Positions 5,240 through 15,227 of a stretch of 20,000 bases of DNA are shown in pieces. A program made the translations under genes and the position numbers. Position 1 is the first letter of the stretch. Every line of letters starts with the position of its first letter. The notes beneath the pieces were generated by a model, which did no database searches, was not told the origin of the DNA, and was given only the letters and a program-made list of their open reading frames with translations. The stretch lies in IMG/VR virus record IMGVR_UViG_3300047157_000165; one strand, given 5' to 3'. The stretch comes from an uncultured virus (IMG/VR IMGVR_UViG_3300047157_000165) (Duplodnaviria > Heunggongvirae > Uroviricota > Caudoviricetes).

Positions 5240-8200
5240 TTAATTATATTTTTTTCTTTTTGAATATCTGCTTGATGCAGAATTATTTTGTCTAATTTTT
5301 TTTGATTTTCTTTTACCTTTTGATTTTACAGAGTAATAACTATCATCTGGTTCAAAGTTTATAGTCCACCTGTTCCAACCAGATAATAATGCTATTTTTT
5401 GCCATGTTTCTGTTTTAACATCTAAAGCATCTTTAACGTTTCTAGCTTTTGAAACAACCCTGTCTAAAGGCACATTAAAAAATGAAGCAGAGCTACCTAC
5501 CATATCTAATACAGGATTTTCTATAGATATACCCATTTTTTCAAAAGATTTTCTTTTATACTTAAAATCTTTTAAAGCATCAAATATATCTCTAGTTTTA
5601 ATACTTATTGCAGGGCCAACCGTAAAGAATTCTGCTAATATAGCAGCTATATCAAATTGTCCTTTTCCTTCCTCAACTTTTTTGTTTTCTTCATATATTT
5701 TTTTACTAACATTTTTTACCGTAGAAAAAACAGCACCTGTAATACCTGTGCCTCTAACTAATGTATCTACCATGTTGTTTGCTATATAACCTATTTTTCT
5801 TTCATTTCTTTTTGTTTCTTCATCTTCATTTTCTCCTGGAAATAACATACTAAATAAACCTTGTTGTAATACAGAAAACATCATGTTTTGTAAAAACGAA
5901 TAATATAATATTTTACTTATTTTTTCTTTTGGATTACCTCTACCATTTATTAAATCTAAACCAGCTTTTTCTATTAATCTAGTATACTGCATTGGTGTGT
6001 TTTGAAATGCTAATAACCATTTACCAGCGGTGCTAGTCTGTTCCATTGATAATCTATCAGCTCTAGCAGACTGTTGTGTTTCTTCAGTAACCTCTTGAAA
6101 GTCTATAAAAGCTTTTCTTTCTGCTTCTACCTTTGAAAAACCTTTTGTTGTGTATGTATTTATTCTATTTCTGTAAAAACTAGCTCCGCCTGCAGCAATA
6201 GCGAAAGCATCACCAGCTTTAGTGAAAACAAAACCTTTTTGTAAAACTAAACCTAAAACACCTTTAAATCCTTTATTTCTCTTAATTGCGTCCGCAATTT
6301 CAGCTTCGTTAACATCAGTTCTTAAACCTCCTCTTCTTTCTTTTAACAAATCAGAATTCATTATGTATTTAAAATCTTTTGCCCATTGTGTAGGGTTTCC
6401 TACTAAAGCCTTACCAAAATTATATACATTGTTATCTGACCAATTAATATAATTAAAAGTAGATAATGTTTGTAGTACCGCTGTTCTTGTGTTTAAAAAC
6501 ATTGTAGATGCAACAGAACCTCTTACCCAATTCAATGCTCCATTCATGAAACGATCATTTGTGTTTGAGAGTTTTCCAGTTTCCATTCTACTTAAAATAT
6601 TCTGTAATGGATCTAAAAACTTTTGACCATAAGTTGCTCTAATTTTATTTATATTGTTTTCACTAAAAATAGCATTTTTATTCTCAATAAAAGGTCCTAA
6701 GAATTTTTTTCTTGAAAGTTGATCTATTGATCTAAGTATATCTTGTCTAATAGTATCAGTTTGCCACGAATTTATATCTGGATCTATCCAATATGAATCT
6801 TGTCTCATTACACTAGATAAACTACTAGCATATTTTAACATTTTATTACCAGGATATGTTATTATTTTTCCTTTTACTTTTTGTAGTGTTGCATCATTAA
6901 CACCAGGAACTTTAGAACCATTTTTAGTATAGAGGTATATTCTTAATGCTTGATCATAGTTAAAACCAGAAATTCCAGTTTCTTGTTCCATGTCTTTGTT
7001 AAAATTAGGATTATCTTTTAAAAACTGTTTATATTTTTTGCTAGATAATTGTCTTGCTATATCTAATGACATTACTGCTTTACTAAAAGGTTTTATTAAG
7101 TTATCAGTAAAAAATTCTAATTGTTTTTCTCCTTTTTTTCCTTTACCAAGAAAACCATAAAGAAGACCAGCTAAATCATTTGCAGAGTGATCCATTATTC
7201 TCCACATTTTTTTTCTATTAACAGCTAGATTTTTTGAAGTTGCAACATCAATTACATCATCTAAAGAATATCTTTTATCTTTTGCCGATAACATTAAACC
7301 CATTTGTGATTCTAATTGTAATGTTTTTACTTCATCATTAAAATTAACTTGACTTAATTGTTCGTTTTTATCGGTTTTATTTTTAATAATCTTTATTGAT
7401 TGTTCTTGACTAAGTTTTGGAGTTTGTTCTAATATACTTGTAGGTACTATACCTGACTTAAAATTATTAGTGCTAACAACAGGTTCTTTACCTGACATTA
7501 TATCAAATAAAATTTGTTTAGTTATTTTACTACTTGAGTCGTAGTTTTGTATAGAATATCTTTCAGTACCTTTTTTAAGTACAGACAAATCTAAAGAAGA
7601 TAAATTATTTAAACCATCAATAGAAGAATTTTCAAAAGCCAAGCTTTGAGTAATAAACATTAGCCTTTCTTTTATTTCATTTTTGTTTTTTCCAGATTTA
7701 ACAAAAGCAAGCCTATATTGATTCATTAAATTATATACACCATTTCTTGTTTCATTTGCTTTTGATGACTTGAAATCAAGTATAGCTGTTTTCTTTGTAT
7801 CTTGTAATAGTGTTGGATCGTTTAGTAATTTTTTTAAAGTATATAATGTATTTATTTTTTTATTGTTATTTTTTATATGATCGTTTAAATCATTTATAAA
7901 ACTAACATCATTTTTGGATAAATTTTTATTTGATTTTAAATTTTTAGTAGATATGTTTTTATTTATTTCTTGATCAAAAACGGTTATTTTTTCTATTCTA
8001 TCATCTCTTATTATATTATTGTTTTTGTCTACAAGAACTTTACTTTCTGATGTGTAAAGATCTAGCGTGTTATTAAATAAAGAATTGAAACCATTGAATC
8101 CAGCAACTGATCTTGCTAAAGAACTTTCTCTTTTAAACAAATCAGGCATTGAGTTTAAAAACTCAAATTGATATTTTTTTAATTTTAAAAGTTTTTCATA

Positions 8201-11200
8201 ATCCCATTTTTGTACATTGTTTTCATATTTATATAAGGATATATTTTTTACATCTTCTTTATTTAAATCAATATCATATATCTTGCTTGTTTCTTCTAAA
8301 AACTCAGGGTTTTCATATAAACTTCTAGTGTATTTAACATATTCATGCTTATTAAATATCATGTTAGTTAACTCTGGAATAACAATATCATTATCAGGTT
8401 GTTGACTAAATTGAAATTCAGATTTACCAGCAGCAACATTATTTATAACATTAGGATTTATGCCAGCTTTTAACATTTGTATTCTTAACTCAGTATTTGT
8501 TGTAAGTTTAGACAATAAAGCTAGGGCACCTTTTACTCTTTGTGATTCAGGACTTCTACCGTCTAAAATCTCTCCTCTAACATCTGTTATTAAAGCTCCA
8601 CCTTCTGAGTCCATACCAAAAGTTTTTAAAACTCTTTCTTTATACTCGTTAGATAAAAAATTATTAGGAAGTTTAAACTGTGGGTTACCCTGTGCACCCT
8701 TAACTCTTTTGTCGGCTGGTTCATAAAGATCTAAATTAAACTTTTCATCATTAATTAATTTAGTTGCTATTTGAACTGATTTACCTTCTGCATTTTGATC
8801 AGTTACTTCTTTATTTGAAGTAAGTGGTGGTAAAAGTTTTATAAAATCATCTATATGTTTATATAAAAACTTTTGTGCTTTTTTAAATTCTCCTGATCCT
8901 AGATTTTTTTTAGGATCTGTTATTTTACTAACTGGTACACCTGCTTTTTCAGCAATATGTGGAGATGCAATCAATGGAACACTACCAAAAGTCATTTGAT
9001 CTAGTGTTAACATTGGAAATAGATTTTTAACAGAATTTTTAACATCAGATTCTATACCAAAAACTTTAGAAGGTATTATTTTATTTTCAGTATTTTCATC
9101 AAAACTTTCTTTTGTGTCAAACTCTGAAAAATCTTCATTTACACCAGGTTCAGCAACAGATCCAACTTCTCCAGCTACAACGTCTAAACTTTTAGATTTA
9201 GATTGTGCATATTGTTTAAGAACTTTACTTTTTACCCATGTTTGTAATTGTCCATTTAAATAACCTGAAAATGAATCGTTTTGTTCAGGATCAAATTTTA
9301 TTATTAAATCTGTTAATTCCTTTTTAACGTCTTCAACAAAATTATCTTTAGATTTACCAGAAACAGTATTACCTTGTATACCACGAAGAATAAGTGGATC
9401 CATCAAGTTACCCTCTATAATTTTGTTATATGCGTCAGCCATATAACCATCTTCTTCATATTGTTTTTTAGAAATACCATAACCTTCTTCTCTAGTATTT
9501 GGTCCAGCTAAATCATCAATTATAGAATTTTTTTCTGCTTGAGAAAATTGTCTAGATTTACTTTCTAATTCTTTGTTCAATTTAACTTTGTCTATAACTT
9601 CTAAGACTTTTTTTGAAACTTTGTTTTCTTTAGCAGATTTATTAAACTCACTTAAGAAATTATATACCTGGTCAGCATTTTCAAAACCAACTTCCATATC
9701 ATATTTTTTAAATAAATTTTTAAAAAACTGAGCTATTCTTTCTAATATTGTTTTGTCTAAAGAAAGTTCATTTTTAGCAAGTGCATCTGACATTACATTT
9801 AAGTATTCTGTATCATATTTACCTGTATCAGGACCGTACCCTCTGCTTTCCATTATGGCGTCAAGTTCACTTACTTGTCTAGATGTTAATCTTTCTTTAA
9901 CACCTTGTACTATTTTTGCTTGTTGTTTTCTATCACCTATTTGAGAGTTTAAAATAGGGTGGAGTATTTCGTGAGCTCCAATATTTATTTGAAATGTTTT
10001 ACTAGCCGCATCTTTATTAAAGTATATTTTACCGTTTATATATGCGCCTCCTATATTACTTGCTTCTGATTCTGTTTTTCCTATAGCATTAGCAAATTCT
10101 TTGTTTGTTTCATAGCTTTTAGCTTTTATATTTAAAGCTTCTGCCATTTTCAATCCAAAACTAGTGCTTTTGTTTACTAAAGAGTTTATACCTCTATTTT
10201 TAGCTAAAACTCCATTTATTCTTAATACACTTATATTATAATCTTTTTTTACCTTATCTAAATAAGTTAAATATTCTTTTTTATTTATTTTATTATTATC
10301 TAATTTTTCTTTTAAATCTTTAAGTTTAGATACTTGTTTTTCTGTTTCAACATTAATATCATATATTTTTTTCTGAGATTCTTCATCTAAATCTTTTATT
10401 TTGTCATTAGATATTTCTATTAACCTTTTAACATTTGATTTAGCTATTTCTATATTAGCTTCAGCACTTGCCTTGACATCATCATCTTTTGTTTCTGCAC
10501 TAACTTTTTTATTGTATACAATAGCATTTATATTCTTTTGTATTTCATTTGAATCTTTTGTAGATCTAACAGAATAAGAAGCTTTTAATGCATATCTACC
10601 ACCTCTAATTCCAGCCCCACCAAATCCACCACGCAACATTGACTCATATGCATCCTTTTCTGTTAACATTCTATATAAAGATCCCTGCAGCGCTTCTGTT
10701 TTACTTTTACCATCACCTAAAAGCTTATTAAACTCTCCTAAACCATACTGTGTCCACTCTGTACCTGCTTCAACACCTCCGGCAAACGCAATATCTAAAG
10801 CATATTTAGTTATTTTGTTTCTACCTTTCTTTAATACTTTTCCTAATATTTTACCTAAACCTAAATTTTCCACACCGGCTTGTCCTGCGGCTATTGAAAA
10901 AGGAATTATTGTTTCCTCTTCATTATCAGATATTAACTGTTTTAAACTTTTATTTTTTCTTTTTGCTAATCTTTCGTTATATTCTATGTAATTTTCAGCA
11001 GCATATTCGTATCCATAACCCGTAAATCCTGTACCTACACCATAAGCAACTGATGCTATAGCGTTTGCTACCGTTCCAAGAACACCAACAGCAAACTTAG
11101 CTGGATCTTTTTCTGTAATAGCATCTGCTAAAGCAAAAACAGGTCTATTGCTTGCTTGTTTTTCTTTGACATCTTTTATTAAATCTTCAACAGTTTCAAA

Positions 11201-11671
11201 CTGTAAATATCTTTCCTTAGCATTGAAAGAATCTCTTCCAGCATTTAATAGTGTTTTCATACCTTTTCTTCCATACAACTCTTCATTCATAGTTGTCAAA
11301 GCTAATTGTACGGAAGGATCATCACCTTTCCAAAAATTATCTATTAAACCTAATCTATCCCCAGCATTTTTAAACTCATTTAAAAGACCTTGACCTAAAG
11401 TTAATTCTTCAGAATCTTCTTCTGTTTTATTTTTTACTTTTATTTCTTCTGGAGTTGGAAGTTTGAATTCCAAAAAACCAGCTGCCAAGTTTGATTCCGT
11501 ATTGGGTGTTACATTTTCCGGAACAGGCACACCCTTTTCTGTTCCTTTTGTCTTTGCTAAATCTGTTTGTTCATTTTTTAATTTAGCTCCTGGATATTTT
11601 AGCAGAAAATCTTGTTTTCTGTCTGGTGAAACTTCAAATAGTTTCCCGTCTACTATGTAAAATTCATTCAT
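5240..11671 (-). CDS. Large virion ejection/cargo (polyvalent-type) protein with zincin metallopeptidase and sigma70-like domains
   Basis: 2143 aa, last of three genes after the tail muzzle. Gly/Ala-rich membrane-type helices near aa 190-360. HEILH...E motif at about aa 567. Sigma region-2-like IIEGNL...KFDPEQNDSFSGY at about aa 745-805. Helical C-terminal region with hydrophobic segments (ETQQSAR...LLAFQNTPMQY) and a very basic tail. Confidence 0.75.
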   Translation of the reverse strand: MNEFYIVDGKLFEVSPDRKQDFLLKYPGAKLKNEQTDLAKTKGTEKGVPVPENVTPNTESNLAAGFLEFKLPTPEEIKVKNKTEEDSEELTLGQGLLNEFKNAGDRLGLIDNFWKGDDPSVQLALTTMNEELYGRKGMKTLLNAGRDSFNAKERYLQFETVEDLIKDVKEKQASNRPVFALADAITEKDPAKFAVGVLGTVANAIASVAYGVGTGFTGYGYEYAAENYIEYNERLAKRKNKSLKQLISDNEEETIIPFSIAAGQAGVENLGLGKILGKVLKKGRNKITKYALDIAFAGGVEAGTEWTQYGLGEFNKLLGDGKSKTEALQGSLYRMLTEKDAYESMLRGGFGGAGIRGGRYALKASYSVRSTKDSNEIQKNINAIVYNKKVSAETKDDDVKASAEANIEIAKSNVKRLIEISNDKIKDLDEESQKKIYDINVETEKQVSKLKDLKEKLDNNKINKKEYLTYLDKVKKDYNISVLRINGVLAKNRGINSLVNKSTSFGLKMAEALNIKAKSYETNKEFANAIGKTESEASNIGGAYINGKIYFNKDAASKTFQINIGAHEILHPILNSQIGDRKQQAKIVQGVKERLTSRQVSELDAIMESRGYGPDTGKYDTEYLNVMSDALAKNELSLDKTILERIAQFFKNLFKKYDMEVGFENADQVYNFLSEFNKSAKENKVSKKVLEVIDKVKLNKELESKSRQFSQAEKNSIIDDLAGPNTREEGYGISKKQYEEDGYMADAYNKIIEGNLMDPLILRGIQGNTVSGKSKDNFVEDVKKELTDLIIKFDPEQNDSFSGYLNGQLQTWVKSKVLKQYAQSKSKSLDVVAGEVGSVAEPGVNEDFSEFDTKESFDENTENKIIPSKVFGIESDVKNSVKNLFPMLTLDQMTFGSVPLIASPHIAEKAGVPVSKITDPKKNLGSGEFKKAQKFLYKHIDDFIKLLPPLTSNKEVTDQNAEGKSVQIATKLINDEKFNLDLYEPADKRVKGAQGNPQFKLPNNFLSNEYKERVLKTFGMDSEGGALITDVRGEILDGRSPESQRVKGALALLSKLTTNTELRIQMLKAGINPNVINNVAAGKSEFQFSQQPDNDIVIPELTNMIFNKHEYVKYTRSLYENPEFLEETSKIYDIDLNKEDVKNISLYKYENNVQKWDYEKLLKLKKYQFEFLNSMPDLFKRESSLARSVAGFNGFNSLFNNTLDLYTSESKVLVDKNNNIIRDDRIEKITVFDQEINKNISTKNLKSNKNLSKNDVSFINDLNDHIKNNNKKINTLYTLKKLLNDPTLLQDTKKTAILDFKSSKANETRNGVYNLMNQYRLAFVKSGKNKNEIKERLMFITQSLAFENSSIDGLNNLSSLDLSVLKKGTERYSIQNYDSSSKITKQILFDIMSGKEPVVSTNNFKSGIVPTSILEQTPKLSQEQSIKIIKNKTDKNEQLSQVNFNDEVKTLQLESQMGLMLSAKDKRYSLDDVIDVATSKNLAVNRKKMWRIMDHSANDLAGLLYGFLGKGKKGEKQLEFFTDNLIKPFSKAVMSLDIARQLSSKKYKQFLKDNPNFNKDMEQETGISGFNYDQALRIYLYTKNGSKVPGVNDATLQKVKGKIITYPGNKMLKYASSLSSVMRQDSYWIDPDINSWQTDTIRQDILRSIDQLSRKKFLGPFIENKNAIFSENNINKIRATYGQKFLDPLQNILSRMETGKLSNTNDRFMNGALNWVRGSVASTMFLNTRTAVLQTLSTFNYINWSDNNVYNFGKALVGNPTQWAKDFKYIMNSDLLKERRGGLRTDVNEAEIADAIKRNKGFKGVLGLVLQKGFVFTKAGDAFAIAAGGASFYRNRINTYTTKGFSKVEAERKAFIDFQEVTEETQQSARADRLSMEQTSTAGKWLLAFQNTPMQYTRLIEKAGLDLINGRGNPKEKISKILYYSFLQNMMFSVLQQGLFSMLFPGENEDEETKRNERKIGYIANNMVDTLVRGTGITGAVFSTVKNVSKKIYEENKKVEEGKGQFDIAAILAEFFTVGPAISIKTRDIFDALKDFKYKRKSFEKMGISIENPVLDMVGSSASFFNVPLDRVVSKARNVKDALDVKTETWQKIALLSGWNRWTINFEPDDSYYSVKSKGKRKSKKIRQNNSASSRYSKRKKYN

Positions 11672-11675
11672 AATA

Positions 11676-13199
11676 CTAATTATTACTATTAAATTCTTGA
11701 CTTGCGTTTTGGTTTCTAATATTACTTATGTCGTTGATTTTTTGGAACAACTTTTCTTTTATTGTATCTAGTTCTTTTCCTGTATAATTTTTACCTTCTA
11801 AACTAAAAGTTCCATCAATATTCATTTTAAGTTTATTTAATTTATCTAAAGTAGCTTTATGATTATTTAATTGCTTATCTAATTCAGCCACTGGTATTTT
11901 ACTTAAAACTTCTTTTTCTGCATCTTCTTTTACTTTTTCTTCTTTCAATAAATTAACATATAAATTACTTATTTTTCTGTTTATATAACTGTCGTTTTTA
12001 CCAGTGTATAAACCTTGTTTTTGAATTATTCTCTTAACAAGATTAATTTTTCCAGCAGCAGTATTCATATCATAAACAGCATCTTCAAAATCATCACCAA
12101 CACTAAAACCATCTGTTATAGTTAATATACCATTTTCAATTTTATATTCTTGATCTTCAATTATTTTTAAATATTCAGAAAGTTGACTACTTGCTGGACC
12201 ATCTACAATATCAAAAACATTATTTAAAGACTCATCAACATCCATTCTTTCTAACTCAGCTCTTGAAGGATCATCAACTTCTTCTTCTTTTTCTTTTTCA
12301 TAAATAAATTTATTTCTAACAGCTGATTGATTACGTATAGTATTTTCTATATATTCTTTTATAGCAAGATCTTGTATTTCTAAAAAATCAAACTGTTCAT
12401 CTTTACTAATATCACTCGGTGAGTCGTTATAGTTAAATTCTTCTCCAGTTTTATCTTTTAACATTTTTTTAAAAATAGCTGCTCTAGATTGATAATCCAT
12501 ATTACCAAAAATTTTATTTGCAGCGCTTTCAAATCCTTTTTCCATTTCGCCTTCTATTTGACTATAATCTTCTGCTCTTTGGTATGCATAATCAACAATT
12601 CTAACAGCATCATTTATACTTTTATCATAATCACCAAATATTTCAGTGTTTTTTCTTATAGTAGGCATTTTGTCAGGCACATCATTTGGAGTTAAAAAAT
12701 GATCTTTTTCTCCATCATTAAATTTAAATGCTAAACCATTATCTTTAGTAACAACTTCAAAACCATTTTGTTTATTTTCTAAAAAAGATCTAAAAACAGG
12801 TGTTTTATTAAATAAGTTTAAATCGACATCGGTTGGATCTAATGCAACTGCTTTGTTCATGTTATCAAGAGGTGCCATTATATTAACACCTATGTCAGAT
12901 AAAATTTTAGCTTGATCTTGCACACTTGAACTAGCAAAAACACCAGAGTCTACATATTTTTCATTTATAATGTTTTTTACTTGAGAAGCAACTTGAGGAT
13001 TATAATTTTTAGCTATATCAGGATAATTTAATTCGCTTTCAAATTTAGCTAATCTTATATCTAAATCTCTTTCTTTTCGTTCTTCTTTTTCAGCTTGTTG
13101 TTGGAAATACGAACTATACTTTTCAACACCACCTAAAAAAGCTTTTAAAAAAGCATTAGGATCTCCTATGTTTAAATTTCCAGGATTTCTATAACTCAT
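11676..13199 (-). CDS. Probable middle ejection/internal virion protein (positional analog of P22 gp20 / T7 gp15)
   Basis: 507 aa, helical and charged, with an N-terminal amphipathic helix then a coiled coil (QQQAEKEERKERD). It lies between the small and large ejection-like genes. Function is inferred from position. Confidence 0.55.
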   Translation of the reverse strand: MSYRNPGNLNIGDPNAFLKAFLGGVEKYSSYFQQQAEKEERKERDLDIRLAKFESELNYPDIAKNYNPQVASQVKNIINEKYVDSGVFASSSVQDQAKILSDIGVNIMAPLDNMNKAVALDPTDVDLNLFNKTPVFRSFLENKQNGFEVVTKDNGLAFKFNDGEKDHFLTPNDVPDKMPTIRKNTEIFGDYDKSINDAVRIVDYAYQRAEDYSQIEGEMEKGFESAANKIFGNMDYQSRAAIFKKMLKDKTGEEFNYNDSPSDISKDEQFDFLEIQDLAIKEYIENTIRNQSAVRNKFIYEKEKEEEVDDPSRAELERMDVDESLNNVFDIVDGPASSQLSEYLKIIEDQEYKIENGILTITDGFSVGDDFEDAVYDMNTAAGKINLVKRIIQKQGLYTGKNDSYINRKISNLYVNLLKEEKVKEDAEKEVLSKIPVAELDKQLNNHKATLDKLNKLKMNIDGTFSLEGKNYTGKELDTIKEKLFQKINDISNIRNQNASQEFNSNN

Positions 13200-13227
13200 T
13201 TTTTATTTTTTATTATTATTATATTTT

Positions 13228-13917
13228 TTATTTAAACAAACCAGGATTTTTCTTTCTAAACTGGTTTTGATATATACCCATACCCATACCTGCTATATCA
13301 CTAAATGCGCTACCTAATGCACTTGATTGTGCTGACCTATATTGATTGGCCATGTTAGCATATCTATCACCCATGCCTTGTAGTCTATCTAAGTTAGCAA
13401 CTTGTCTTTGTTCTCTTACTCCAAACATAAACTGTTGTCCTGCTACATCCGCTGATTGTAATCTCATTGCTTCTTTCATTCTCATTTGTTGAGCAGCTTG
13501 TTCACCCCTTGCTCTTTGCATACTAATAGCTGTTTCTTGTTGTTGTATGTTTCCAGATATTTGTAATTTAGATCTATTAGCTTGTTGTGCTAATGCAGTT
13601 GCCATACCTGCACCTCCTCCTGATTCTCTTAAACCTTCTAGTGTAGTAGCTAGTGACATATCAGTTTCTTCAGCAGCTAATTCAGCAGATCTAGTTGCAA
13701 CCTGCATATCACGAGCTGGATTTGTAATCATAGAACTTAAATCAGTTATACCTTTATAAGGATTAATAATTTCTTGTCTATCTTCTTCAGCTTTTCTTAA
13801 TTCGCCTCTATAATAATTAGCTTGACTTTCAGCTCTTCTAGCTCGTCTTCCAGAGCCAAAACTACTAAAAATACTACCTAATGCTCCTACGCCCGCCATT
13901 GCTATACCTATACCCAT
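13228..13917 (-). CDS. Probable small ejection/DNA-transfer protein (positional analog of P22 gp7 / T7 gp14)
   Basis: Gly/Ala-rich hydrophobic N-terminus (MGIGIAMAGVGALGSIFSSFG), Q/A/M/R-rich helical body, Gly-rich amphipathic C-terminal helix (ALGSAFSDIAGMGMG). It directly follows the tail stabilization genes. Confidence 0.65.
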   Translation of the reverse strand: MGIGIAMAGVGALGSIFSSFGSGRRARRAESQANYYRGELRKAEEDRQEIINPYKGITDLSSMITNPARDMQVATRSAELAAEETDMSLATTLEGLRESGGGAGMATALAQQANRSKLQISGNIQQQETAISMQRARGEQAAQQMRMKEAMRLQSADVAGQQFMFGVREQRQVANLDRLQGMGDRYANMANQYRSAQSSALGSAFSDIAGMGMGIYQNQFRKKNPGLFK

Positions 13918-13930
13918 AATTTTTATTTTT

Positions 13931-15226
13931 TTATATTAATACATTATTAAATACCGTATTAGTACTAAACAACTCCTGTTTTTTATTATTAGAAGTTGTA
14001 GAAAAAGTAGCTTTTACGAAATTACCTTTTATACCCGTTACATCTAAGTTATTGTCTACATCATATATTTCTCCATACGCTATTGGTGAACTGTTTTGCA
14101 ATTCAGCATAGTACCTATTATTTCTTTTGGTGAATACAGATGCACCTATATAACCTATTACAGTAGAAGTTTCAGAATTAGCAATGTTGTTTGCTTTATC
14201 TAAAAATTCTTCTGTTCCTGACAATACTCTATCATCTGTATTAGTTTTAATATCATTTAATTCCCATAAAGAAGTTCCTTCATAAGATATACTATAAAAT
14301 ACATTTTCTTGTACAGCGTTAGAATTTACAACAAAAGTTACAGTTGAAGGTACTACACTAGCACCGTAGTATTTACCATAATCAACAGTTGATCTATCAT
14401 AATGATTCCATAAGTCACTATTGTTAAATGTATAAAATTTATTACTTAAACTAAAGCCTTGAGAAGGTTTATAATCATGTCTACTTGTCCAACCGTTTAT
14501 AGCATCACTAAAACTTATCGTTTCATAACTTCCATTATCCTTTTGCAATGAAATTATAAAACTTTTGTGGTAGTTATCAAACATACCTACTACTTTAGAA
14601 CTATTTTTTAAATTATCTCTAAAAAAACTTCTCATACCATACTCTGATATTGGAGTTAATCCATCTCCACCACCTTGACCAGATGATAATCTTAATATTA
14701 ATCCTCTGTTTTTATCTGCAAAATATTTTCTATTTCCAAATGACGCAAAGCTTTCTGGATTTTTAGATATACCATACTTTCCTACAAAAGGTATTATTTG
14801 ACCTATAACAAGTTTAGAAGAAGTAACTGTTCCACCACCTTCAGCTGAAAATATAGCATCTTTGTTTATTAAAGCCCTACTAACTTTATCTTCTTGTAAT
14901 ATTATTAAATTTGTTTCTTCTGCAAAAAGTTTTTGTATACTTCCGTTTGCAGAATTTACTGACTTTGTTATTGCTTCTGCTGGTGAAAATTGATTTGTAT
15001 TATTTATACCTGTTCTAGAGTTAAAAACACCAGAATATATTAAAGCATTTTTTCTTCTTTCCTCAGTAAAATCTTCATCTATAATATACGCTCTAACACC
15101 TATATCTACTTGAACAGCGTTAAAATCTCCTTTTATTCTACTTTCTTCAATATGCCAATTATCATTAGCATCACTACTTTTTATGTAAAAGGAATTAAAA
15201 AAACTTACATCTATTGTTGTTGCCAT
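13931..15226 (-). CDS. Tail stabilization/muzzle protein, C-terminal beta-propeller part (P22 gp10-like)
   Basis: Motifs I recognise from Bacteroidota podophage stabilization proteins: IYSG.FNS.TGIN.TNQF, GSIQKL, LIILQEDKVS.ALINKD, YGISKNPESFA, YFADKNRG.ILRLS, DGLTPISEYGM.SFFRD, GWTS. Confidence 0.75.
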   Translation of the reverse strand: MATTIDVSFFNSFYIKSSDANDNWHIEESRIKGDFNAVQVDIGVRAYIIDEDFTEERRKNALIYSGVFNSRTGINNTNQFSPAEAITKSVNSANGSIQKLFAEETNLIILQEDKVSRALINKDAIFSAEGGGTVTSSKLVIGQIIPFVGKYGISKNPESFASFGNRKYFADKNRGLILRLSSGQGGGDGLTPISEYGMRSFFRDNLKNSSKVVGMFDNYHKSFIISLQKDNGSYETISFSDAINGWTSRHDYKPSQGFSLSNKFYTFNNSDLWNHYDRSTVDYGKYYGASVVPSTVTFVVNSNAVQENVFYSISYEGTSLWELNDIKTNTDDRVLSGTEEFLDKANNIANSETSTVIGYIGASVFTKRNNRYYAELQNSSPIAYGEIYDVDNNLDVTGIKGNFVKATFSTTSNNKKQELFSTNTVFNNVLI

Positions 15227-15227
15227 A

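Noticed and set aside
5240..11671. Virion RNA polymerase call for the 2143-aa protein
   Set aside because: No DxDxD (DFDID/DFDGD-type) catalytic motif was found on reading the translation.
5073..11678. TAG stop-codon reassignment, as in some crAss-like phages (TAG ends the holin and the 507-aa gene)
   Set aside because: Long ORFs are intact under code 11. Reading through the TAG at 11676-11678 hits TGA after three more codons and does not fuse with the 2143-aa frame. Holin readthrough would only run out of frame inside the next gene.
13200..13227. Possible terminator or promoter in the longest intergenic gap
   Set aside because: Pure A/T tract with no GC stem-loop and no TAnnTTTG Bacteroidota promoter element. 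More likely a translation-initiation region.
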